Source: the human T2T-CHM13v2.0 reference genome, Homo sapiens. From it: a stretch of 64,000 nucleotides of DNA. Shown here piece by piece: positions 29,491 through 42,000 of the stretch. How positions within the stretch are numbered: the stretch's first letter is position 1; every line of letters starts with the position of its first letter. Location: NCBI RefSeq assembly GCF_009914755.1, contig NC_060933.1. One strand, given 5' to 3'. The position numbers and the translations under genes are program-made. The notes under the pieces were generated by a model. The model ran no database searches and had not been told where the DNA came from. It saw only the letters and a list, made by a program, of their open reading frames with translations.

Positions 29491-30015
29491 GAATGGAATG
29501 GAATGCAATGGAATGGATTCAACTTGAATGGAATGGAAAGAATGGAATCAACACGAGTGGAATGGCATGGATTGGAATGGAATGGAATGGAATCAACCCG
29601 AGTACAGGGGAATGGAATGGAATGGAATGCAATGGAATGGAATCATCCGTAATGGAATGGAAAGGAATGGAATGGAATGGAATCAACTCGATTGCAATCG
29701 AATGGAATGGAATGGAATTAACCCGAATAGAATGGAATGGAATGGAATGGAACGGTACGGAACGGAATGGAATGGAATGGAAGGGAATAGAATGGAACGG
29801 AAAGGAATGGAATGGAATGGAATGGAATGGAATGGAATGGAATGGAATGGAATCAACGCGAGTGCAGGGGAATGGAATGGAATGGAATGCAATGGAATGG
29901 AATCTTCCGGAATTGAATGGAATGGAATGGAATGGAATGAAATGCAATGGATTCAACTCGATTGCAATGGAATGGAATAGAATGGAATGGAAAGGAATGG
30001 AATGGAATGGAATGG

Positions 30016-32830
30016 AATTAACCCGAATAGAATGGAATGGAATGGAATGGAACGGAATGGAACCGAATGGAATGGAATGGAATGGTATGGAATGGAATGG
30101 AATGGTACGGAATAGAATGGAATGGAACGAATTGTAATGGAATGGAATTGAATGGAATGGAATGGAATCAACGCAAGTGCAGGGGAATGTAATGGAACGG
30201 AATGGAATGGAATGGAATCATCCGGAATGGAATGGAATGGAATGGAATGCAATGGAATGGAATCAACCCGAGTGCAATGGAATGGAGTGGAATGGAATGG
30301 AATGGAATGCAAAAACCCGAATGGAATGGAATGTAATGGAGAGTAAGGGAGTTGAATAGAATCCATCCGAATGTAATGGAATGGAATGCAAAGGAATGGA
30401 ATGGAATGGAATGGAATGGAATGGAATGCAATGGAAAGGCATCAACCCGAGTACAATGGAATGGAATGGAATGGAATGGAATGGAATGGAATGGAATGCC
30501 TTCAAACCGAATGGAATGGAAAGGAAAGGAATCAACACGAGTGGAATGGAATGGAATGGAATGGAATGGAATGGAATGGAATGATACGGAATAGAATGGA
30601 ATGGAACGAAATGGAATGGAATGGAATGGAATGGAATGGAATGGAACGGAATGGAATGGAATGGAATGGAATCGTTCCGAGTGGAATAGGAGGGAATGTA
30701 TTCGAGTGGAATGGAAAGGAATGGAATCAACCAGAGTGGAATGGAAGGGAATGGAATGGAATGGTAACTAATAGAATGGAATCAACCCGAGTGGAATGGA
30801 ATGGAAAGGACTGGAATGGAATGGAATGGAATGGAATGGAATGGAATGGAATCAACTCGATTGTAATGGAATGGAATGGAATGGAATGGAATGGAATGGA
30901 ATGGAATGGAATTAACCCGAATACAATGGAATGGAATGGAATGGAACGTAATGGAGTGAAATGGAATGGAATCAACCCGAGTGGAGGGGAATTGAATGGA
31001 ATGGAATGCAATGGAATCAACTCGATTGCAATGGAATGTAATGGAATGGAAAGGAATACATTGGAATCAACCCGAGTGGAATGGAATGGAAAGGACTGGA
31101 ATGGAGTGGAATGGAATGGAATGGAATGGAATCAACTCGATTGGAATGGAATGGAATGGAATGGAATGGAATTAACCCGAATAGAATGGAATGGAATGGA
31201 ATGGAAGGGAACGGAACGGAATGGAATGGAATGGAATGGAATGGAATGGAATGGAATGAATTCAACCCGACTGCAGGGGAATGGAATGGAATGGAATGCA
31301 ATGGAATGCATTCAACTTGAATGGAGTGGAAAGAATGGAATCAACACGAGTAGAATGGCATGGATTGGAATGGAATGGAATGGAATCAACCCGAGTACAG
31401 GGGAATGGAATGGAATGGAATGCAATGGAATGGAATCATCCGTAATGGAATGGAAAGGAATGGAATGGAATGGAATTAACCCGAATAGAATGGAATGGAA
31501 CGGAATGGAACGGAATGGAACGGAATGGAATGGAATGGAATGGAATGGAATGGAATGGTATGGAATGGAATGGAATGGTACGGAATAGAATGGAATGGAA
31601 CGAATTGTAATGGAATGGAATTTAATGGAATGGAATGGAATGGAATCAACGCGAGTGCAGGGGAATGTAATGCAACGGAATGCAATGGAATGGAATCATC
31701 CGGAATGGAATGGAATGGAATGGAATGGAATGGAATGGAATGGAATCAACCCGAGTGCAATGGAATGGAGTGGAATGGAATGGAATGGAATGGAACAACC
31801 CGAATGGAATGGAATGTAATGGAGAGTAAGGGAGTTGAATAGAATCAATCCGAATGTAATGGAATGGAATGCAACGGAATGGAATGGAATGGAATGGAAT
31901 GGAATGCAATGGAATGGAATCAACCCGAGTACAATGGAATGGAATGGAATGGAATGGAATGGAATGGAATGGAATGGAATGAAATGGAATGATACGGAAT
32001 AGAATGGAATGGAACGAAATGGAAAGGAATGGAATGGAATGGAATGGAATGGAATGGAATCGTTCCGAGTGGAATAGGAGGGAATGTATTCGAGTGGAAT
32101 GGAAAGGAATGGAATCAACCAGAGTGGAATGGAAGGGAATGGAATGGAATGGAAACTAATAGAATGGAATCAACCCGAGTGGAATGGAATGGAAAGGACT
32201 GGAATGGAATGGAATGGAATGGAATCAACTCGATTGTAATGGAATGGAATGGAATGGAATGGAAAGGAATGGAATGGAGTGGAATGGAATGGAATCAACC
32301 CGAGTGCAGGGGAATGGAATGGAATGGAATGCAATGGAATGGAATCATCCGGAATGGAATGGAATGGAATGCAATGCAAAGCAATGGAATCTACTCGATT
32401 GCAATGGAATGGAATGGATTGGAAAGGAATACATTGGAATCAACCCGACTGGAATGGAATGGAAAGGACTGGAATGGAGTGGAATGGAATGGAATGGAAT
32501 GGAATGGAATCAACTCGATTGGAATGGAATGGAATGGAATGGAATGGAATTAACCCGAATAGAATGGAATGGAATGGAATGGAACGGAACGGAATGTAAT
32601 GTAATGGAATGGAATGGAATGGAATGGAATCAACTCGACTGCAGGGGAATGGAATGGAATGGAATGCAATGGAATGGATTCAACTTGAATGGAATGGAAA
32701 GAATGGAATCAACACGAGTGGAATGGCATGGATTGGAATGGAATGGAATGGAATGAACCCGAGTACAGGGTAATGGAACGGAATGGAATGCAATGGAATG
32801 GAATCATCCGTAATGGAATGGAAAGGAATG
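30016..32830 (+). repeat. Diverged ~1.4-kb tandem dimer inside super-unit copy 1 (counterpart at ~51655-54460)
   Basis: Paired rare markers: TGATACGGAATAG (~30582/31990), TCGTTCCGAGTGGAATAGGAGGG (30672/32060), AAAGGAATACATTGG (~31050/32423) and TTCAACTTGA (~31311/32679). Confidence 0.8.
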
Positions 32831-35800
32831 GAATGGAATGGAATGGAATGGAATGGAATGGAATGGAATGGAATCAACTCGATTGCAATCGAATGGAATG
32901 GAATTGAATTAACCCGAATAGAATGGAATGGAATGGAATGGAACGGAACGGAACGGAATGGAATGGATTGGAATGGAATGGAATGGAATGGAATGGAATG
33001 GAACGGAAAGGAATGGAATGGAATGGAATGGAATGGAATGGAATGGAATGGAATGGAATGGAATAAACCCGAGTGCAATGGAATGGAGTGGAATGGAATG
33101 GAATGGAATAGAACAACCCGAATGGAATGGAATGTAATGGAGAGTAAGGGAGTTGAATAGAATCAATCCGAATGTAATGGAATGGAATGGAACGGAATGG
33201 AATTGAATGGAATGGGATGGAATGCAATGGAATGGAATCAACCCGAGTGCAATGGAATGGAGAGGAATGGAATAGAATGGAATGTAAACTACCCGAATGG
33301 AATGGAATGTAATGGAGTGTAAGGGAATTGAATAGAATCAATCCGAATGTAATGGAATGGAATGGAACGGGATGGAATGGAATGGAATGGAATGGAATGG
33401 AATGGAATGGAATGGAATGCAATGGAATGGAATCAACCCGAGTGGAATGGCATGGAATGGAATGGAATGGAATGCAATGGAATGGAATCAACTCGAGTGG
33501 AAAGGAATGGAATGGAATGGAAAGGAATGGAATGAAATCAACTCGAGTGGAATGGAATGTGATGGAATGGATTGGAATGGATTGCAATGGAATGAAATGG
33601 AATGGAATGGAATGGAATCAATCATTCCGAGTGGAATGGAAGGGAATGTAATGGAGTGGAAAGAAGGGAATGGAATCAACCCGATTGGAATGCAAGGCAA
33701 TGGAATGGAATGGAAAGGAATGGAATGGAATCAACTCGATTGCAATGAAATGGAATGGAATGGAATGGAAAGGAATGGAATTAACCGGAATAGAATGGAA
33801 TGCAATGGAATGGAACGGAATGGAATGGAATGGAAGGGAATGGAATCAACACGAGTGCAGGGGAATGGAATGGTAAGGAATGCAATTGAATGGAATCATC
33901 CGGAATGGAATGGAATGGAATGGAATCAACTCCATTGCAATGGAATGGAATGGAATGGAATGGAATAGAATGGAATGGAATTAACCCGAATAGAATGGAA
34001 TGCAATAGAATGGAATGGAACGGAACAGAATGGAGTGGAATGGAATGGAATGGAATCAAACTGAGTGCAGGGGAATGGAATGGAATGGAATGCAATGGAA
34101 TGCAATCTTCCGGAATGGAATGGAATGGAATGAAATGCAATGGATTCAACTCGATTGCAATGGAATGGAATGGAATAGAATGGAATGGAATGGAATGGAA
34201 TGGAATGGAATGGAATCGTTCCGAGTGGAATAGGAGGGAATGTATTCGAGTGGAATGGAAAGGAATGGAATCAACCAGAGTGGAATGGAAGGGAATGGAA
34301 TGGAATGGAAACTAATAGAATGGAATCAACCCGAGTGGAATGGAATGGAAAGGACTGGAATGGAATGGAATGGAATGGAATGGAATGGAATGGAATCAAC
34401 TCGATTGTAATGGAATGGAATGGAATGGAATGGAATGGAATGGAATGGAATGCAATGGAATTAATCCGAATACAATGGAATGGAATGGAATGGAACTGAA
34501 TGGAGTGGAATGGAATGGAATCAACCCGAGTGCATGGTAATGGAATGCAATGGAATGCAATGGAAAGGAATCATCCGGAATGGAATGGAATGGAATGGAA
34601 TGCAAAGAAATGGAATCAACTCGATTGCAATGGAATGGAATGGAATGGAAAGGAATAGAATGGAATCAACCCGAGTGGAATGGAATGGAAAGGACTGGAA
34701 TTGAGTGGAATGGAATGGAATGGAATGGAATGGAATCAACTCGATTGGAATGGAATGGAATGGAATGGAATGGAATGGAATGGAATTAACCCGAATAGAA
34801 TGGAATGGAATGGAATGGAACGGAATGGAATGGAATGGAATGGAATGGAATGGAATGGAATGGAATGGAATCAACCCGACTGCAGGGGAATGGAATGGAA
34901 TGGAATGCAATGGAATGGAATCATCCGGAACGGAATGGAATGGAATGGAATGGAATCAACTCGATTGCAATGGAATGGAATGGAATGGAATGGAATCGAA
35001 TGGAATGGAATGGAATGGAATCAACTCGATTGCAATCGAATGGAATGGAATGGAATTAACCCGAATAGAATGGAATGGAATGGAATGGAAAGGAGCGGAA
35101 TGGAATGGAATGGAATGGAATGGAATGGAATGGAACGGAACGGAATGGAATGGAATGGAATGGAATGGAATGGAATGGAATGGAATCAACGCGAGTGCAG
35201 GGGAATGGAATGGAATGGAATGGAATGGAATGAAATGCAATGGATTCAACTCGATTGCAATGGAATGGAATAGAATGGAATGGAATGGAATGGAATGGAA
35301 TGGAATTAACCCGAATAGAATGGAATGGAATGGAATGGAATGGTATGGAATTTAATGGAATGGAATCAACTCGATTGTAATGGAATGGAATGGAATGGAA
35401 TGGAATTAACCCGAATACAATCGAATGGAATGGAATGGAACGGAATGGAGTGGAATGGAATGGAATCAACCCGAGTGCAGGGGAATGGAATGGAATGGAA
35501 TGCAATGGAATGGAATCATCCGGAATGGAATGGAACGGAATGGAATGCAAAACAATGGAATCAACTCGATTGCAATGGAATGGGATGGAATGGAAAAGAA
35601 GAGAATGGAATCAACCTGATTGGAATGGAATGGAAAGGACTGGAATGGAGTGGAATGGAATGGAACCGAATGGAATGGAATCAACTCGATTGGAATGGAG
35701 TGGAATGGAATTTGAATGGAATGGAATGGAATGGAATGGAATTAACCCGAATAGAATGGAATGGAATGGAATGGACCGGAATGGAATGGAATGGAATGGA

Positions 35801-38699
35801 ATGGAATGGAATCAACCCGAGTGCAATGGAATGGAGTGGAATGGAATGGAATGGAATGGAACAACCCGAAGGGAATGGAATGTAATGGAGAGTAAGGGAG
35901 TTGAATAGAATCAATCCGATTGTAATGGAATGGAATGCAACGGAATGGAATGGAATGGAATGGAATGGAATGGAATGGAATGGAATGCAATGGAATGGAA
36001 TGAACTCGAGTACAATGGAATGGAATGGAATGGAATGGAATGGAATGGAATAGAATGGAATGGAATTGAATGGAATGGAACGCCTTCAAACCGAATGGAA
36101 TGGAAAGGAATGGAATCAACACGAGTGGAATGGAATGGAATGGAAAGGAATGGAATGGAATGGAATGGTACGGAATAGAATGGAATGGAACGAACTGGAA
36201 TGGAACGGAATGGAATGGAATGGAATGGAATCGTTCCGAGTGGAATAGGAGGGAATGTATTCGAGTGGAATAGAAAGGAATGGAATCAACCAGAGTGGAA
36301 CGGAAGGGAATGGAATGGAATGGAAACTAATAGAATGGAATCAACCCGAGTGGAATGGAATGGAAAGGACTGGAATGGAATGGAATGGAATGGAATGGAA
36401 TGGAATCAACTCGATTGGAATGGAATGGAATGGAATGGAATGGAATTTAATGGAATGGAATTAACCCGAATACAATGGAATGGAATGGAATGGAACGGAA
36501 CGGAGTGGAATGGAATGGAATCAACCCGAGTGCAGGGGAATGGATTGGAATGGAATGCAATGGAATGGAATCATCCGGAATGGAATGGAATGGAATGGAA
36601 TGCAAAGCAATGGAATCAACTCGATTGCAATGGAATGGAATGGAATGGAAAGGAATAGAATGGAATCAACCCGAGTGTAATGGAATGGAAAGGACTGGAA
36701 TGGAGTGGAATGGAATGGAATGGAATGGAATGGAATCAACTCGATTGGAATGTGATGGAATGGAATGGAATGGAATGGAATTAACCCGAATAGAATAGAA
36801 TGGAATGGAATGGAATCAACTCGATTGCAATGGAATGGAATGGAATGGAATGGAATCGAATGGAATGGAATGGAATTAACCGGAATAGAATTGAATGGAA
36901 TGGAATGGAACGGAATGGAATGGAATGGAATGGAATGGAATGGAATGGAATGGAAAGGAATCAACCCGAGTGCAGGGGAATGGAATGGAATGGAATGCAA
37001 TGGAATGGAATCATCCGGAATGGAATGGAATGGAATGGAATGCAATCAACCTGATATAATGGAATGGAGTGGAATGGAATGGAATGGAATTAACCCAAAT
37101 AGAATGGAATGGAATGGAATGGAACGGAATGGAATGGAATCGAATGGAATGGAATGGAATCAACCCGACTGCAGGGGAATGGAATGGAATGGAATGCAAT
37201 GGAATGGAATCATCCGGAACGGAAAGGAATGGAATGGAATGCAATCAACTCGATTGCAGTGGAATGGAATGGAATGGAATGCAATCGAATGGAATGGAAT
37301 GGAATTAACCAGAATAGAAAGGAATGGAATGGAATGGAAAGGAATGGAAGGGAATGGAATGGAATGTAATCAACCCGAGTGCAGGGGAATGGAATAGAAT
37401 GGAATGCAATGGAATGGAATCATCCGGAATGGAATGGAATGGAATGGAATGCAATCAACCTGATGCAATGGAATGGAGTGGAATGGAATGGAATGGAATG
37501 GAAACATCCCGAATGCAATGGAATGTAATGGAGTGTAAGGGAATTGAATAGAATCAATCTGAATGTAATGGAATGGAATGGGATGAAATGGAATGGAATG
37601 GAATGGAATGGAATCAACCCGAGTGCAATGGAATGGATTCGAATGGAATGGAATGGAATGGAATGGATTCAACAAGAATGGAATGGAAAGGAATGGAATC
37701 ACCCCGAGTGTAATGGCATGGAATGGAACGGAATGGAATGGGAAAGAATGGAATGGTACGGATTAGAATGGAATGGAATGGAATGGAATGGAATGGAATG
37801 GAATGGAATGGAATGAACCCGTGTGCAATGGAATCGATTGGAATGGAATGGAATGGATTCAACTCGAATGGAATCAACTCAATTGCAATGGAATGGAATG
37901 GAATGGAAAGGAATAGAATGGAATCAACTCGAGTGGAATTGAATGGAATGGAATTAACCCGAATAGAATGGAATGGAACGGAATGTAATGGAATGGAATG
38001 GAATGGAATCAATCCGAGTGCAGGGGAATGGAATGGAATGGAATGCAATGGAATGGAATGATCCGGAATGGAATCAACTCGATTGCAATGGAATGGAATG
38101 GAATTGAATTAACCCGAATAGAATGGAATGGAATGGAATGGAACGGAACGGAATGGAATGGAATGGAATGGAATGGAATGGAACGAAAAGGAATGGAATC
38201 AACCCGAGTGGAAAGGACTGGAATGGAGTGGAATGGAATGGAATGGAATGGAATGGAATGGAATCAACTCGATTGGAATGTAATGGAATGCAATGGAATG
38301 GAATTAACCCGAATAGAATGGAATGGAATGGAATGGAACGGAATGGAATGGAATGGAATGGAATGGAATGGAATGGAATCAACCCGACTGCAGGGGAATG
38401 GAATGGAATGGAATGGAATGCAATGGAATGGATTCAACTTGAATGGAATGGAAAGAATGGAATCAACACGAGTGGAATGGCATGGATTGGAATGGAATGG
38501 AATGGAATCAACCCGAGTACAGGAAAATGGAATGGAATGGAATGCAATGGAATGGAATCATCCGTAATGGAATGGAAAGGAATGGAATGGAATAAAATGG
38601 AATGGAATGCAATGGAATCAACTCGATTGCAAAGGAATGGAATGGAATTGAATTAACCCGAATAGAATGGAATGGAATGGAATGGAACGGAACGGAATG

Positions 38700-39050
38700 G
38701 AATGGAATGGAATGGAATGGAATTAACCGGAATAGAATTGAATGGAATGGAATGGAACGGAATGGAATGGAATGGAATGGAATGGAATGGAATGGAATGG
38801 AAAGGAATCAACCCGAGTGCAGGGGAATGGAATGGAATGGAATGCAATGGAATGGAATCATCCGGAATGGAATGGAATGGAATGGAATGCAATCAACCTG
38901 ATATAATGGAATGGAGTGGAATGGAATGGAATGGAATTAACCCAAATAGAATGGAATGGAATGGAATGGAACGGAATGGAATGGAATGGAATGGAATGGA
39001 ATGGAGTCAACCCGACTGCAGGGGAATGGAATGGAATGGAATGCAATGGA
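38700..39050 (+). repeat. ~340-bp dispersed duplicate of 36860-37205, sitting at the super-unit junction (also 60330-60675 vs 58490-58830)
   Basis: TTAACCGGAATAGAATTGAATGG occurs at 36876 and 38723 (offset 1847). Both are followed by AAAGGAATCAACCCGAG, CAACCTGATATAATGG, TAACCCAAATAG and CAACCCGACTGCAGGGG. Confidence 0.85.
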
Positions 39051-42000
39051 ATGGAATGGAATGGAATGCAAAGGAATGGAATTAACCCGAGTGGAATGGC
39101 ATGGAATGGAATGCAATGGATTGGAATGCAATGGAATCAACTCGAGTGGAAGGGAATGGAATGGAATAGAAAGGAATGGAATGAAGTCAACTCGAGTGGA
39201 ATGGAATGGAATGGAATGGATTGGAATGGATTGCAATGGAATGAAATGGAATGGAATGGAATGGAATCAATCATTCCGAGTGGAGTGGAAGGGAATGTAA
39301 TGGAGTAGAAAGAAGGGAATGGAATCAACCTGAATGGAATGCAAGGCAATGGAATGGAATGGAAAGGAATGGACTGGAACCAACTCGATTGCAATGGAAT
39401 GGAATGGAATGGAATGGAATGGAATGGAATTAACCGGAATAGAATGGAATGGAATGGAATGGAATGGAAGGGAATGGAATCAACACGAGTGCAGGGGAAT
39501 GGAATGGAATGGAATGCAATGGAATGGAATCATCCGGAATGGAATGGAATGGAATGGAATCAACTCCATTGCAATGGAATGGAATGGAATGGAATGGAAT
39601 GGAATGGAATGGAATCGTTCCGAGTGGAATAGGAGGAAATGTATTCGAGTGGAATGGAAAGGAATGGAATCAACCAGAGTGGAATGGAAGGGAATGGAAT
39701 GGAATGCAAACTAATAGAATGGAATCAACCCGAGTGGAATGGAATGGAAAGGACTGGAATGGAATGGAATGGAATGGAATGGAATGGAATGGAATCAACT
39801 CGATTGTAATAGAATGGAATGGAATGGAATGGAATGGAATGGAATGGAATTAACCCGAATACAATGGAATGGAATGGAATGGAACGGAATGGAGTGGAAT
39901 GGAATGGAATAAACCCGAGTGCAGGGGAATGGAATGGAATGGAATGCAATGGAATGGAATCATCCGGAATGGAATGGAATGGAATGGAATGCAAAGCAAT
40001 GGAATCAACTCGATTGCAATGGAATGGAATGGAATGGAAAGGAATAGAATGGAATCAACCCGAGTGTAATGGAATGGAAAGGACTGGAATGGAGTGGAAT
40101 GGAATGGAATGGATTGGAATGGAATCAACTCGATTGGAATGGAATGGAATGGAATGTAATGGAATGGAATGGAATGGAATTAACCCGAATAGAATGGAAA
40201 GGAATGGAATGGAACGGAATGGAATGGAATGGAATGGAATGGAATGGAATGGAATGGAATGGACTGGAATCATCCGGAACGGAATAGAATGGAATGGAAT
40301 GCAATCAGCTCGACTGCAATGTAATGGAATGGAATGGAATGGAATCGAATGGAATGGAATGGAATTAACCGGAATAGAATGGAATGGAATGGAATGGAAC
40401 GGAATGGAATGGAATGGAATGGAATGGAATGGAATGGAATGGAATCAACCCGAGTGCAGGGGAATGGAATGGAATGGAATGCAATGGAATGGAATCATCC
40501 GGAATGGAATAGAATGGAATGGAATGCAATCAACCTGATGAAATGGAATGGAGTGGAATGGAATGGAATGGAATGGAAACATCCCGAATGGAATGAAATG
40601 TAATGGAGTGTAAGGGAATTGAATAGAATCAATCTGAATGTAACGGAATGGAATGGAATGAAATAGAATGGAATGGAATGGAATGGAATCAACCCGAGGG
40701 CAATGGAATGGATTCGAATGGAATGGAATGGAATGGAATGGATTCAACAAGAATGGAATGGAAAGGAATGGAATCAACCCGAGTGTAATGGCATGGAATG
40801 GAACGGAATGGAATGGGATGGAATGGAATGGTACGGAATAGAATGGAATGGAATGAAATGGAATGGAATGGAATGGAATGGAATGGAATGGAATGGAATG
40901 GAATGAAGCCGTGTGCAATGGAATGGAATGGAGTGGAATGGAATGGATTCAACTCGAATGGAATCCACTCGATTGCAATGGAATGGAATGGAATTGAAAG
41001 GAATAGAATGGAATCAACCCGAGTGGAATGGAATGGAAAGGACTGGAATGGAGTGGAGTGGAATGGAATGGAATTAACCCGAATAGAATGAAATGGAACG
41101 GAATGGAATGGAATGTAATGGAATGTAATGGAATGGAATCAACCCGAGTGCAGGGGAATGGAATGGAATGGAATGCAATGGAATGGAATCATCCGGAATG
41201 GAATGGAATGGAGTGGAATGGAATGGAATGGAATTGAATGGAATGGAATCAACTCGATTTCAATGGAATGGAATGGAATAGAATGGAACGGAATTAACAC
41301 GAATAGAATGGAATGGAATGGAATGGAATGGAACAGAAAGGAATGGAATGGAATGGAATGGAATCAACCCAAGTGCAGGGGAATGGAGTGGAATGGAATT
41401 CAATGGAATGGAATCATCCGGAATGGAATGGAATGGAATGGAATGGAATGGAATTGAATGGAATGGAATGGAATCAACCCGAGTGCAATGGAATGGAGAG
41501 GAATGGAATGGAATGGAATGGAAACTACACGAATGGAATGGAATGTAATGGAGTGTACGGGAATTGAATAGAATGAATCCGAATGTAATGGAATGGAATG
41601 GAATGGAAAGGAATGGAATGGAATGGAATGGAATGGAATGGAATGGAATGGAATGGAATGCAATGCCATGGAATCAACCCGAGTGCAATCGAATGGAATC
41701 GAATGGAATGGAATGCAATGGAATGGATTCAACTTGAATGGAATGGAAAGAATGGAATCAACACGAGTGGAATGGCATGGATTGGAATGGAATGGAATGG
41801 AATCAACACGAGTACAGGGGAATGGAATGGAATGGAATGAAATGGAATGGAATCATCCATAATGTAATGGAAAGGAATGGAATGGAATGGAATGGAATGG
41901 AATGGAATGGAATGGAATCAACTCGATTGCAATTGAATGGAATGGAATGGAATTAACCCGAATAGAATGGAATGGAATGGAATGGAATGGAACGGAACGG

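Larger units (their letters stand above)
11692..39030 (+). repeat. Large super-unit copy 1 (~27.3 kb; contains 5 inner 2.76-kb repeats)
   Basis: The marker CAAAGGAATGGAATTAACCCGAGTGGAATGGCATGG occurs at 11731, 39069 and 60696 (spacings 27338 and 21627). Matching ORFs are at 11913/39251/60878 and 14534/41887/63469. Confidence 0.92.
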
